Source: Euglena gracilis (Eukaryota). From it: a DNA stretch of 64,000 nucleotides. The stretch is taken from assembly GCA_039621445.1 (NCBI GenBank), contig CP154954.1, positions 43,503,847-43,567,846 on the forward strand, read 5' to 3'. The position numbers were made by a program, and so were the translations under genes. The notes under the pieces are model-generated. The model saw nothing but the letters and a program-made list of their open reading frames with translations. It did not search any database and was not told where the DNA came from. Every line of letters begins with the position of its first letter. Position 1 is the first letter of the stretch. Below are positions 1-28,003 of the stretch, in pieces.

Positions 1-1000
1 CACGAGGTTCTGACAATGCGCAGGGTTTTCCCTTCAGCCCTCGCATCAACAACCCACGCCCCCGGGTTCGCCTTCAAACGCCAGGTTCTCGCCCGACCCT
101 TCCCCCTCTTCACGGCTCTATCCGACCGCTCCAGCCCAGTTCTGGCGGGCTTCCCATCGGAGGGCTGCAGAGTGAGGCCAGGACTCGGTGCGCGGTGATG
201 GAGGGCGGTCGGTGTTGGCCCAAATCCAGCCACGCGGCTTTCCATCCCCCCACAAGCGGGCTGAGACACGTGAGGTGGTGGGAACCTGCTTGGAGGGGAG
301 TGTCACTTGGGTTTGAGCGGGAGAAACGCTCTGGGGACGTCAACAACCACGGTTGTCCTCGGCCAGTGAAAAACCATCCGCAAGGACACACACAATGTCC
401 AAATATGCTACAGTCGACGGGAATTGGGGGAAATAAAAAAGATGCAAAAAAAACAAAAACGATGGGAGGAGATATGATGGGGGGAACACAATATGGACCC
501 TCAAAAAACGCGACGCAAAAAAAACTCAAAATGGAAAATGAATTCTGCAAAAAAAAATTAAAAAAGTGCAGAAAATGGCAGTAGTTGTTCATTATGTTTA
601 AAAAAAAAATGCCCAAAGTCAGACGCTGATAGAATTCTCAAAGAAGAGTAGCAGTATCAAGACTCTGTGCCGATCTGGATCCAAAAAAGTGATATATTTC
701 ATTACTCCCTGTCATTTTTTGTCTGGAATTTGATTACCCCTGCAAATGACTCCTCTTCAGGGCTTAGGAACGGTGCGAGGAAAATGGAACACAAAAAAAA
801 ATGACGGAGAAGTCCAGTGGCTTCTCATACTCCCACAATTCCCATTATTTTGTGACCGCACAATCAACACCCCCCCCAACGAACACACCTGTGGATTCCA
901 GAAAAATTGGGGCGAAAACAGGGGAGCGGCCCGAACCCCCCCCCCCAGGTCACCAACCGCCTGGGGGTGGCTTGCTCCGCTGGTAGGCGCTCCCCTTCCG

Positions 1001-7171
<6,171 letters not shown>

Positions 7172-8052
7172 CCCCGGGGCGGGTCGCGTGGCCCGCGAGA
7201 CAGCCCGGAGAGAGAGGGGGAGGCAGGGCGGGGCTGGGCAGGGGGGACGCATCGCGCGCCTGTGCAGCCCTGCGGCCCGCCGGGACTCCCCAACCGGACG
7301 CAAGCGCCGTGATCGGTGGGGCTTGTTGCACAGCGCCGGCCCGCCGTGGCGACACGTCATTCATTCCCTTCGTTGAGGGGGCGCTGCGGGGGCTTCATTT
7401 GCTTTGCGGTCTGGCTGCGCTGTGTCCCATATCCATCACTCTGTTGGTGTCCAGGACTGCGTCGCATTGTCTTGCATTAATGGTCCAGGCATCCCCTTCA
7501 TAGGGTTCCCTGTGAGTCTGTGAAGGAGCACCTCTGCTGCCCACTGTTGGTGTGTCACCCAATTCCCCCCAAAAGACCAAAATCAGAAACCGGAAATGCA
7601 AGGCTTTTCTCGCCTCCAAAGCCACCCAAATCGTCGTCCATCACCAAAAATGCTATCTTTGACCAACTTTGGCAAGAATTTTGGGGTGTTTGTGGTCATT
7701 GCGAGGGTCAGATTTTCACCAACAATTCCTTGATTTATTACCCCCCCCCCTTTCGGCCGACCGCAGGGGGGGGGGGTTACAGGTTTCGAAGGTTGGCATC
7801 GCAATACGCCACACCGCAAAACAATACAAAATTAGAATAGCTTGGCACAGCAAAAGTGGAACACAACAATGGGTTTCAGAAACAGATCCGGCGTTGGTCC
7901 AACAAAACCCAAAGGGCTGCGGTAGACGGGGACCTGGTCCGCGGTCTGCGTTTTTTCTCCTGCCACTCCTCCCCAGGCTTCCCCGCCCGCGGCAGGCATC
8001 GGCGGTGCGGCAGACCCCGGTTGGCGGGGGGCCCGCGGCCGACCCCTGACCC

Positions 8053-15834
<7,782 letters not shown>

Positions 15835-16397
15835 GCTCCCCCAGAGTTGCTTTTTTGGTACGACGATCCGTTGTGCCAAAACTCAGCTGCCATGGGGGAC
15901 CAGATGATGAAGCCCTTTGCAGTAAAAACGTTGCAAAATATGCAAGGGGGCCAAACCAAATTGTTTTTCCGTGCACCGAAAATCACGAAAAATGAGAATC
16001 GGGGGGGAACCAAGGCGAATCTGGGCGAATTTCGTTGTATTTGGGGAGGATTTTGTTTACTTTTCGGAATAATGTTAGGATTGGCGAAACAGAAATTGGC
16101 CAAATTTAGGAACCAAGTTAGGTAGGACGTTAGTCCCCATTTGAAAGATTTTGGGGTCGTAGTTCTTCAGAATTTTACCAAAATCCAACCGAAATTCTGC
16201 CCAACTCGGTCCTAATCGGGACCTAACTATCCCTAAGTCCGTAAAATGGGATCAGCCAGGAGCGCGGTCGGAACCCTGACCCTATCCCAACCAATAACCC
16301 CGACTGCCCCCGAAGTCGGACCCGCGGGCCGCCATACTCCCCCCCATGGAGATGTTTAATGCCCCCCCGGGGGGCCATTGAACACCAGCTGCCATGT

Positions 16398-16429
16398 AAT
16401 ATATATATATATGTATATATTTATATATA

Positions 16430-16491
<62 letters not shown>

Positions 16492-16520
16492 TGTATGTAT
16501 GTATGTATGTGTGTGTGTGT
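16398..16520 (+). repeat. (TA)n/(TATG)n microsatellite
   Basis: Seen directly in the sequence. Confidence 0.95.
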
Positions 16521-17311
16521 TTTATGTGTGTGCATAAATTTATAACAGCATCCAAAATACCAGGATATTTCGGAGGGGGGTAAATTTAAATAATTTGGGA
16601 GGTGGTTTTCTAGGACCCCCATGCTTTTCCCTTCGGCTATTGTGAAGCCTTGGATTTTTTTTCTGAGATGGGACAAGATTCTGGCTAGGGTCAGGGTTGT
16701 GGTTCTTTTTTTGGCAGTTAGGTGTGATTTAGGTCAAATGAAAGCCTGAATTTAGGCCTCAACCCCCCCCCAAATTAAAACCGGGTCTCATTTTCAGGTC
16801 CGTTGCGTGGTCGTACTTTGATTTTTTTCTTGACCGACCCGGGCCCGAAAACCCCATCATTTTACAGGTTCCCAAAAACATTGAAACATTTTTTCCTTCT
16901 ACGCTTCGTGCCATGTGTAAATTGGTGTAAGTTGACATTTGGCATGTTTTTTTTGAGCTTCAAAATTTGAAAATTTTGAAATTTTATCATCTTTTTGTGT
17001 ATCACATTGGAGTTTTTGATAATTCTTCAAGGAAAATTTACACTGTCTCCGTCAGGGGGGGGGCGTTGTTTTTTGGGGGGGTCTTGTTTTGGATTTTCGC
17101 TCGATCGGCCCAGGAGGGGTCACATTTTGGGGGGGGGGTTCTTATTTGGGGGGGTTTAATTTGGGACTAAATCTTGGCCTTATCTCCGGGGATTACCTGT
17201 CAGCACCGCGGGACTGAAAATCCGAAAAGTCGAACCTGGGAGCTGCCATGCCCCCCCCCAGAGATGCGTAATGCCCCCCCCCCGAGGGAGGCCATTACGC
17301 ATCCTGCTGTC

Positions 17312-17450
17312 ATATATGTGTGTATGTATGTATGTATGTATGTATGTATGTATGTATGTATGTATGTATGTATGTATGTATGTATGTATGTATGTATGTA
17401 TGTATGTATGTATGTATGTATACATATATATATATATATACACACACACA
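17312..17450 (+). repeat. (TATG)n/(TA)n microsatellite
   Basis: Seen directly in the sequence. Confidence 0.95.
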
Positions 17451-18684
17451 TCCCCCTGCCACATGCCTGTGAAGGAATCAAGCAGGGTGGAAAATCATCA
17501 ATTTCCCTCTCTGAAAGGGACACATCGCTACAACAAAATTGAGGCAAATTCAACGTCAAATAAAACGTCAAAAGTGCCAAAACTACAGAAGTTGTGTTTT
17601 TTATTTAAATAAATTGCATTTTGGGTGCTTTTTTTGAGTTCGAGCATTTCGCCCAAACACCCCTCCCAAATAAATTTCGTGAATCTGGACAATTTTGGGC
17701 CGTTTTAGGGGGGGTTTCAAAACAAAAAAAAAAAAAACGGTTGTGCAATTCGCACCAGCTAAGCCAAATAATAAATCCCTCTGAAATGTGCCTGCTGGAT
17801 GCTCCCCACGACTCCAGATGGTTCTGGTCAAAGACCCGCCGGATACCGATGGGGGATCACCGGCAAGAAATGCGGTGTCGTTTATATGGGGTCATCATAT
17901 ATCCAACTGCAATGATGGAATATGCCGTCATTAGTCTTCTTCTTCCTCTTCTTGTTTCCCTTATCTGTGTCTTGTCTGTCATTCACCTTGAACTTGGCAA
18001 AAATGTGTTTGAAAATTGGTTAAACAGGCGCTTTCCTATTTTTTTTTGTTACAAGACACCTTGGGGAGAGTTATTCCGATTTACAATCTGCTTCTTTGGT
18101 CATCAATTGGTCAAAGAGGGGCGACATTTTTGGATGGTTGTTAGGGGGAGCGTACAATCTTGCATGTTGGTGGCAACCTTGGTCAGGGGGGGGGATTATG
18201 ATGGAGCCAAGGCGTTGCCACAGAAATCGCATCGAGCAGTATTTACCGGAGCTGCGCATCGTCCAAGAACACACCCAGAGCCTGTGATGGTGCCCACGTG
18301 TGGGTTTGTGGTGTTGATGTCTGCAAATGGTGCTCCAGGTTTGCGAATGTTTCGACCTTTTTATGGGTGGGACATTTTTCAAAAACCAGTCGCCCGTCGG
18401 CCGCTCTGGCACTTGTCCCAAAATCAAAGTGTTTTTTGCAAAAGATTCCAGACAAGTTCCAGCAGGGGGGGGGGGGGCATTTTCAGCCAGTCCTGGTCGA
18501 TCCCCCCGTCGGGGGGGGGGTCCGGAGCCAAAGCCAGAAGAGGAAACAAGAAGGAAAAGAAAAGCGGCAGAACGGGCACTCCCGTTCTGCCGCACCAGGC
18601 CGGGAGTCGGCGGGGTCGCGGTCTGAATGGGCCCCGCCTCAACGTGGAAGTGAAGCGCCCCCCCCCCCACAACGCTCCTCTCAG

Positions 18685-18862
18685 CCCTGGCGTCGCCGTC
18701 GCCCGCCAGGCCCTCCTGCAGCTCGCCCTGACGGAGCGCAGCGCCCTGCAGTCCGCATGGGCCGAGGAGGCGGCCGCTCTCGCCCGGCACCGCCCCACCT
18801 GGTTGTGGGGCTTCCTGCCAGCGTGGCTGGCCCGCCGCCTGCCTGCCTGGCCCGCCTGGCCC
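18685..18862 (+). CDS. Probable orphan coding exon, unknown product
   Basis: GC3-rich frame PGVAVARQALLQLALTERSALQSAWAEEAAALARHRPTWLWGFLPAWLARRLP follows a pyrimidine tract plus CAG. It is followed by a (GT)n tract like other exons here. Partner exons were not identified. Confidence 0.45.
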
Positions 18863-18944
18863 CCCGTCACCCCCACCCCCGGAACAACCAGCGTCCACCC
18901 CCCTTTGCATCATGTGCGTGCGTGCTGTCTCATCATCATGCATC

Positions 18945-19636
<692 letters not shown>

Positions 19637-21432
19637 CATGTGCACGCGTGCGTACGTGCGCGCGCAAGTGTCAGGGCGTAGCTCAAGAGCATTTGAAGGG
19701 GGCCAACCAGCAGCTCTTTTCCAGTTGGTGGCATCGGACCCCACTCAATGAGTTTCGTTTATTTTCCAGCCCCCCAAATGGCGGATTTTTGGTTTTCGGG
19801 GGTACAAAAATGGGCCAAAAAAATGGGCAAAAGTGGCTCGGAAAAGGATTGGCCAGTGCAAATTTCGGGTCAAAACATTGACTTGTTGCACAATTGGCAG
19901 TTTTTTTTTCATTTTTGAGGTTTCGATTCTTTGCCACCTGGTTCGACCATCAGTTTGATACCCTTAAAGGGGGGAGGGGTGGCAGCAGCATTTTTCCAGC
20001 ATGCCAAATTTTCTGGTTTGGCTGGACTCAAAAAGGGCCACCAAAGTGCTCAACAGTTGCTCCGAGCTTTGCATTTAACCCAAAGCTTGTACGATGGATA
20101 CTGTCCGATAAAAAATCATTTGTATTGTGTCGCAATTCGCAAAGCCAAAAGAAACAGGTGACAAATATATCATGATAAAATACCATAATTATGCTTCCAC
20201 CTGACAACCACTTAAAAATTAGTTCTATTTTTTCCGTTTTTTTGGGAGGGGGGCAGAGGAGTTTTTTCAAGCAATCAACCACCACACCCACATCATATCA
20301 TCACCCATGTCATCACCCACCACAAGCACAGGGACGAAATAAAAGGCGCGGTCTTGTACATGATCCACCTTCAGCTTGGCAAAACATGTAAGTTTGAAAT
20401 TGTAACATCCCATTCAATTTAAGTTGGCTTCTTTATTAAATTAAAATGCCACGTCGACTGCAGTTGATTTACCCCCCCCCAAACTACTGTGCTGGTATGT
20501 TGTTTGGACATTCGACGTCGGGATTCAAGGGATTCATTATTTGGGAGGGTTGTTAGGGCGAAATTCCTCAACCCAAAAAAGCACCCAAAATGCAATTTTT
20601 AAGAAAAAATTCAGCAACTGCACGATCGGAACAGTGAACTCCATCAACTCACAACATGGGAAAAGAACTGCACAGAATGGAAAGAAGCACATCAAAAGCA
20701 AGAGGTATTGCAGAAACTGGGGCCCTACTGGGAAATTGGTGACGATGGGGGGGCTTTTATCTGTTGGCACATTTGGCGTTTTCGAGGGACAAAAAAGCAG
20801 CCAGACCATTCGGGCTTCGCACACTCTGGGGGCGAGATCCTGCTTTGTGTGCCGGCTGTTTTGTTGTTTGTGCTCTTTTTGGCGGGGTGCTTCTCACTGC
20901 TTTTTGGTGCCGGAGTTGGTGGATATTAACGTCCTTCGAAAACATCAGATGGCAACGTGCGCAGACAAATTGACATCCGAGGATGAAACTGTATTCAACA
21001 ATTCGTGGAGAAAACTATTCTTCAGCGAGGGCAATGCGGCGAAACTGTTGGCAGAATCGTCCCCGGAATCACTAGTCGCCGTCATCGCGGCCGGGCAAAA
21101 CTGGCTGGGAGGCGGATGGCACACGAGCTGACACAGGTGGCGATGGCGACACCTCGGGCTCCGCACTTTGCCATTCTGAGGCCATGCCTTGCTCGCCGGC
21201 GGTTTGCTGCGTGATTGTTCGCTGCGCTTGGTTAGGAGGTCCCGCTTAGTGCCCTTTTTTGCCGGAGTTGGCTGATTCTTAACTTGCCTTTCGACACCCA
21301 GAAGAAAGGCAAAGAGTTCACGAACGAAGAAGAACCGAGAAAAGAAGTCAATATCGATTCAATATCCAGAAGAACACGAACCAGACGAATATCAATTGAG
21401 AATTCGATTATCAATTTTCAATTTTGACTTCA

Positions 21433-22539
21433 ATGAACAATGCAGTGGAGAAGAAATTGGAATTGCATCTCCACGGACGTCCTGGAGCAGTGGCCGCAGA
21501 AGCTGGAGAACTTGGAGATGCGGTCAACACGTGGCAAACCGTGGCCGTTTTCCTCCCCAGACCCCCACCCCAGAAATTTCCCAGCCCAAACCCCTCCCCA
21601 GTGACGGCCACGGTCCTTGGACCACTGTGGCCAGAAGGCCCAAAAGACAAAAGTCAGACCCAGCCCTTGGTGGGCAAAGGAGGGGCCATGAACACTACAG
21701 GGGCCATGGGGGCCAATTTTACAAGCAAATCCCCTCAGGAAGGGGCAGAAAAGATCTGTCAAACCCCCCCAATTCATCTTGCACAAGAGCCCCTCTCAAG
21801 AGGAAAAGGGGGGGCCACAGCGCCCCCCCCAGATTTCCAGTGGGGTTGGAGGCCAACAAGAAATCAAGGCCTAGAAGAACAACAGATGGATTACGGAAAA
21901 AAATTTACACATGGAGACCTTGGAGACCAGCAGGGTGGACCCACAGTGACCACCAAGAAGCTAAGGAAGCTGCTGGAGAAATCCCCCGAGGGACCCACAG
22001 TGGCCCTCTGCCAAAAAAGGGGGGAAAAGGGACCCACAGTGGCACTTTCAATGACCCAGCCTCAGGAGGAAAAGGGACCCACAGTGGCCCTTTTGGAAGA
22101 GGGGCAGAAACCCCTCCAACATTTACTTCTCAATTCCCAATTATTCAATCAAGGGGGGACCCACAGATGCCCCCCTATGGTATGTCAACCAACCACATCA
22201 ACATGGAGAAGACCTGATAGGCCAAACAGGGGCATTAAGCCCTACGGTATGTCTTCCAACAACAAGATCCTCCAGAGAGGTCAGCAGAGAGGGAGAGAGT
22301 GCATGCACATCCCCCCAGAAAAAAATTCTTTTTCCAAGGGCCCAAGCCCTAGGGGACCTAGGGGTGCAATGTCCATCACCCCCAGCCCAGCCCCCCCAAA
22401 ATCATCTTATCCAGAAAGTAAATTCAATGGAGGAAATGAAGAGAGACACCCCCCTCCATCAAAGGTTGCAAAAAGGCTTAAAATGTCCAACACCTCCAAC
22501 CCAGCCCCCCCCCCAAAAATCATCTTATCCAAGAAATAA
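21433..22539 (+). CDS. DIRS-A gag-like ORF1 (Pro-rich, with GPTVAL repeats)
   Basis: Long ORF between the left ITR and RT. Assigned by position only. Confidence 0.55.
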   Translation: MNNAVEKKLELHLHGRPGAVAAEAGELGDAVNTWQTVAVFLPRPPPQKFPSPNPSPVTATVLGPLWPEGPKDKSQTQPLVGKGGAMNTTGAMGANFTSKSPQEGAEKICQTPPIHLAQEPLSRGKGGATAPPPDFQWGWRPTRNQGLEEQQMDYGKKFTHGDLGDQQGGPTVTTKKLRKLLEKSPEGPTVALCQKRGEKGPTVALSMTQPQEEKGPTVALLEEGQKPLQHLLLNSQLFNQGGTHRCPPMVCQPTTSTWRRPDRPNRGIKPYGMSSNNKILQRGQQRGRECMHIPPEKNSFSKGPSPRGPRGAMSITPSPAPPKSSYPESKFNGGNEERHPPPSKVAKRLKMSNTSNPAPPPKIILSKK

Positions 22540-22544
22540 ATTCC

Positions 22545-24335
22545 ATGGAGGAAATATGGGGAGACACCCCCCTCCATCAAAGGTTGCAAAAAAAGCTTGA
22601 AATGGTGGACAAAAAATGCCCCCCAACAACATGTCAACTCATCAGGGATGGCATTCAACCCCCCTGGGTCAGCCCACCAAAATTGTCCACGCACCCAAAG
22701 CCCAGAGCAAATTTGAACCTACCCCAAGCAGAAAAAATACTGCAGGATCACGAAAAATCTGGATCCGTAAAGAGGGTGAAGGATTCAACCACCCAGCACC
22801 TGATCCCCTGGTTTCTGATTTCAAAACCAGAGGGGGGGCAGAAAAAAGGGAGATTAATAAGCGATTGCAGGGACTTAAAACAGAGGTTCCACGTGAAACC
22901 TTTCAAGCTGGATCACATCCAGCACTTTTTTCCAGTGTTGGAAAAAAGCCACTGGGCAGCAAAAATTGACCTAAAATATGCTTACTTCCACATCCCAGTG
23001 AGCCAGGCCCTAAAGCCACTTCTGAGACATCAGGTGGGGGGCAGACCTGGGAATTCCAGGCAGGCAGTTTTGGCCTGAATGTAATGCCCCAAATTTTCAT
23101 GTCAGTAATGAAAACATTCGAAAAGCTGTGGAGGAAAAGGGGCATCCAGGTATTTATTTACCTGGACGACATTTTACTGGTAGCCCCAACACAAACATCT
23201 TACAAAATCACCTAAACACAGTGGTCATGTATTTAATCAAATCAGGATTCAAAATCAATGTAAAAAAAGTCCACCCTGCAGCCCACCCAAATTGTAAATC
23301 ATCTTGGGTTTCAACTAAACTTCCAAGAGGTAAAATTACAGGCGCCCCCCCAGAAAAGAAAAACAGTAAAAAGGAGCTGGGAAAACTGGTGAGAAAAGAT
23401 TACATGTCAAAAAGGCAGTTGGCTGTCATTTTAGGCCAAATCAGATGCAATCTAATGGCCCTGCCCTTTCTAAGGGCCTTTACAGATGCCCTGGCAAATT
23501 TTCCGGTGGAAAATTACACAGCCCCTTGGGACTCAAAACACCCCATTTCCCAAAGAATAAAGGAGCAATTAAGAGAAATAAAAAACCTACTGGACTCCTG
23601 GGGGGGCAGACCCTTCACCCAAATTGCAACCAGAGAGTTGCACTCAGAAAGCAGTACCCATGCCTGGGGGGGGGGGGGCTGGACATTCGAACAGGCAAAA
23701 TTGTGCAACAATTTTGGAGAGATAACTCCACTTTGCACATAAATGTCAAAGAATTAAGTGCAGCAATAAACACAGTACAAAGCCTCAGCCAGCCAGGAGA
23801 AACTGTGTCCATGTCAGTGGACAATCCAGTAATTTTCTATTGCTTAACAAAGGGGTGGGGCAGAAAAGACTCCTTCAATTCCATGCTAAGACCTTTTTTC
23901 AAATGGTGCATGGAACACAACATAAACCTGCAAGTAAAGTGGGTCCCTTCAAAGGAATGCCTGGCAGACCCCATAAGCAGGTGGGAAATGGACAGGGGGG
24001 ATTCCCTGGACCCCCAACTATTTCAATGGCTGAGGCAGCAGTTCAAAAATTACATAAGCCTAAAAACAGAACTTTTTGCCTCACCAGGCAGCAAAAAAAC
24101 TGCCACAATTTGTGGCCAGGTGGCCCCACTGGGAGGCCACAGCAGTGGATGCATTGCAATGTCCACTGGACAACATGGGGGGACGTCATGCAAACCCCCC
24201 CCTGGTCTGTAATTCAAAATTTCTCACCAGATTAAGAATGTTTCCACAAGCCAAAGTTTTGATGGTCACCCCCTACTGGGATTTAGCCACATGGTGGCCC
24301 CAGTTAATAAAAATGAAGGTACCAGGGACCCCTGC
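22545..24335 (+). pseudogene. DIRS-A RT-RNase H-adenine methyltransferase-like pol (frameshifted)
   Basis: RT: HLIPWFLISK, RLISDCRDL, KIDLKYAYFHIPV, YLDD (23159-23170). RNase H: HINVKEL..VDN..WVPSKECLADPISR. MT: ELFASP..FVARWP..VDAL..ANPP..VTPYW. Confidence 0.9.
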
Positions 24336-24399
24336 CTGAAAATTACTCCTTACAAGGGTGTGTTCACCAATTGCAGGGGGGAAGAAATGCCACCCCCCA

Positions 24400-25300
24400 G
24401 ATGGCCCCTGCTTTGCATGATTTTGCTCAGGCAAATTCTGGAGGGGAAACAAGTACAACATTCAACCATTAACGATTTCCTGGGCAGAAACACCAGTTTA
24501 AAGCGTTATCAAAGCGCTTTTACACTTTTATGGGTAATTTTGGACAAAATGGGGGTACCCTCCCTGAAGTCACCTCTGACCAAGTGGTTGACGCAAGTGG
24601 TTGACGCCTTAATTCAACTGTTTCAATTTTCAAAGGCCCAAGCACGCAATGCATACAGTGCTATGCTATTGATCCCTGGCTTTGGTGGCCTGAGGTTCCA
24701 TGCGATGTTGGCCCCTTATAAAAGGCTTTGGAACCAAAATTTGGAGATATGGTGCATTCTGGGAAACACTCCCAATCCTCCTGGGGCTTGCACAGTCCCC
24801 CCTGCCCTCCGATATATGTACATTGTGTACAGAACTCTGTTTACGAATCCTCTGTTTATACAGAAGTTCAGATTTGGCACGGGTCCAAAGAACCACCAGT
24901 GTGTTGGGGGGGCACCCTACATCAAAATTAAACGTAAAGGTCAAAAACGTTATAAGTGGGAGCGAGTTGTGTCCATTCCCCAGTGCCCCCAAATCAGTCC
25001 CTTTCATTTAATGATGTCTTATGTGGCAGCAACACGTTTCCTTATGAAACGTGTGGGCCCCCTTTTAATTACGTTAAAACCCCCCTACAAAGCCATTAAG
25101 GGAGATACCATTGCTTCTATCACCAAAGAATTTTTGACCAAACTGGGGGTACCCACCCAGGTTTGGGGACCCCACTCCACCAGAGGGGCAGGGGTTGGTT
25201 TGCTCAAAAAAAATGGCCTTTCTGCCCAAGAAGTTTGTGAAATTGGTCAATGGAAGGGGGTGGAGGCTTTCACAGCCCACTATCAAGACTTGGTGCCCAA
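24400..25300 (+). pseudogene. DIRS-A tyrosine recombinase (frameshifted)
   Basis: LYRSSDL, then HSTRGAG (25173) and GQWKGVEAFTAHY, giving the catalytic R..HxxR..W..Y set. Confidence 0.88.
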
Positions 25301-27183
25301 GGTGCTTTGGAAGGTGCCCTGGCCCCCCTTTTTTCAGTGCACAATCTGGCATCACAAAAAAAATGGCAAAGTGCGGAGCCCGAGGTGCCTCGTACTCCCT
25401 CGAGGCAAGCCGACCAGGGAGGCAGCGACACCGAGGGCGAAGCACAAAGACATTGTGAGCCCGACCCCCCACACATATACAAAAATTTGTCTTCAAACCC
25501 CCTCGGTCAGAAGATGGGGGCCAGGGGGGGGAGGTGAGGGGGGACCCCCCAGGGAAAAAGAAAGCGCCATGGTCGACACGTCGGAGAAAATGCAGCCAAC
25601 TCCGGCGAGGCGGCACTAAGCGGGACCTCCTAACCCAGCGCAGCGAACAACCGCACAAAAAACCGCTGGCGTGCAAGGCATGGCCTCACAATGTCTTTGT
25701 GCTTCGCCCTCGGTGTCCCTTCCTCCATTTTCGGCTTGCCTCGGTACGACTCCAGCTAAGTCGGAGACTACAGGAATTTGTTCTTGTACTCGGTGGCGTT
25801 AGCAGGAAGTGTGGAAGTGCCACTGATCGACTTGGGGCACACACCAGCGGACGTTGCGTTCAAATTGGCTGAGCGTTGGCTGGAAAAGATTTCGAAGAAA
25901 GACAAGGGGATGACGGAGAGAGCTGAGCGGTCGGCGATGGATGATGACGCCGGAGAAGACGAGGAGGACAACGACAACGACGAGGCAGATGAACGGCTCC
26001 CCTGGCAGGAGGAACTGGCGCCTCTGGCGCCAGAGCTGGCAACGTGCCTTCGGCACGCCGAAAAAGGAGATCGACTACCGTGAAAATAGGGTTTGGGGAG
26101 CTACCAAGGTATCAGGGGATAAAAGTAAGAGCGGAAGATAATAATCATGGTTCAGACGGAAAGGGGGCTTGGGACAAGCAGCTGAAAACATAACAGCAAA
26201 AGATGTTGCACCTGGAGAGGATGGTGGCATGCCTGTATGGCAGTGTTGATGCAGATTATCAAATATTGGCACAACAACTGTTTTTTGCTGTAGCAGAGCT
26301 GGAACAGACGCTGCTGAAGGAGAGGAAGAAGTGCAGCATTCCTGGGGCAATCCCAAGTACAAGTAACAGGCTCTTCTCCAAGGAAGATTTGGCAGTTGAC
26401 AAAGCCCAATGGGCTCTGAATCAAGCAGGCTTGACTCCAGCCTTCTCCAGACATTCTATGTCTCATTTTCCCATTCCCACAGGGAACAAAGGGTTCAAGT
26501 TCAAACTTGGGAAAGGAAAAGGCTATGGGAGCCAATTGAAATCTTTGAGAGGAAAGGGCAATTGCAGCCAATGGAGACCATGGTGGTCCAAGGGGTATAA
26601 ATCCCCTCTGGAAAATTGCCTCTCCCCCCTCATTTTATCAGGAAAGGCAATGGCAAGGCCTGAAGCATCAAAGACCCCAGGAGGGGGTGAAATGAGCAAG
26701 GTCAACACCAGAAGGAATCAAGGCCAGCAGGCCCCACCTGCCCATGGAGGGCAAGCCAGAAACCAAGATTGATTTGGGGAGAGATCCCCCAGCTGAGCCC
26801 CCTGCTGACCACTATCCAGATGCCATCTCCAGCCTTGCAAGGGCTCCTGGAAGGAGGGAATTGGCCCACACCACACTCCCCCCCAGAGGAGTGGGAGAAG
26901 GGAATCATTCAAGGACTGGATTTCAGAGAAAGGGCATGGCTGGGGGTGCCATTGTTTCAGAGACTGAGGGAATGTTTGCCATGGTGGCAGAAAAATGCAA
27001 ACCAGTGTGTAGTGTCACTAATTCAAAATGGTGTGCAACCAGACCACCATCTACCCCAGTCTATGCCAAAAAGACAGCAGCAAAAGTCAGCTCAAGAAAT
27101 CAACTTGGCTGCAGAAATCCTGAGGGAGTACCAAGGCAGTGGGGCAACCAAAACAACTGCAAAATGCCACAGGAACTGCCCAC

Positions 27184-28003
27184 TGTCGGCCGCCGGCTTT
27201 CGCCGGCAGCCAAAAATTGCCAGAAAGCGCAAATTTCAAAGTCGCGGGTAACAGCCAACCAGTTAAAAAAACCCGCGACTTAAATTGGAAGCGGGTCAAA
27301 TTTCTAAGACCTTTCGAATTCTGTTTTTTCACAGAACTTGAGGGGTTTTCCCCATTATTTGGCAAAGAAGAAATACATTGAATTGGATTTGATCAATCAC
27401 ATTGTTGAATTGGAATTGGCAATTACATTGTTGGGCATTACATTGTTGGTTGAATTCATTGAAGGATTGGTTTGAAGGAGACCCTACAACACCGCCACCC
27501 TCACCGCCACTCCTATTCCCTATCCCCTCTTCCTTGCCCCAGGTTGTTTTTTTCATTACATTCAGTCACTCTCACAGATTTCCAACAGTGTGTTTGCTTC
27601 TCCAGTGGGTTGGGATTCATTTCAGATACAGTGGGTTGGTTTGTGGGTTGGTTTGTGCAAGAGAGTGTGAGAGAGAGAAAGAGAGAAAAGTGAGATTTCA
27701 GAGAGAAAAGTTCGATTTCATTGCAAATGGCAGATTTTTCGTTTTTCACAAAAATTTCGGAAAACTTTGAAAAAACGATCCTACGCGCCGGCTGGGGTTG
27801 GGGAAATCACCTGGGTGAAAAAATGGGGGTTGGCTTGAGCCCACCAATTCCCCGAGAAAGCACAGGCCCCACCCCGGAAACACCCACCCCCCTGCTGTCG
27901 GTGGTTATCCACGACGGCGAGGACCCCCCCGGGCCCTCGGCCCACCGGGACTCGCCGGTCGCGGGGGCGACCGGCGGCGCACAGGGGGTGGGGCCGGTGA
28001 ACA
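27184..28003 (+). repeat. 5' LTR
   Basis: TGTCGGCC...GGTGAACA, followed by TGG. Confidence 0.93.

Larger units (their letters stand above)
21148..25750 (+). mobile_element. DIRS1-type tyrosine-recombinase retrotransposon (DIRS-A), structurally complete, ORFs frameshifted
   Basis: ITRs lie at 21177-21274 and 25593-25688. The ICR (25362-25459) is complementary to the left end (21150-21175) and to the right extension (perfect 33 bp, 25427-25459 versus 25685-25717). CGAC occurs at both junctions. Domain order is gag-RT-RNaseH-MT-YR. Confidence 0.92.
20948..27183 (+). mobile_element. 5' part of a second DIRS element (DIRS-B): gag-like region split by DIRS-A, RT start cut by the Gypsy insertion
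   Basis: Coding-like sequence reads across the empty DIRS-A site (QVAMA|TPAK). The RT N-terminus (LIQNGVQP..LAAEILREYQGSGA) stops at the Gypsy LTR and resumes at 56796 as HLVPWFVLSKPEG. Confidence 0.7.

Noticed and set aside
1-330. Possible exon of a neighbouring gene
   Set aside because: The region is GC-rich but has no recognisable motif or supportable splice sites.
16200-16300. Telomere-like CCCTAA/CCCTGA words
   Set aside because: There are only a few scattered, degenerate units and no array.
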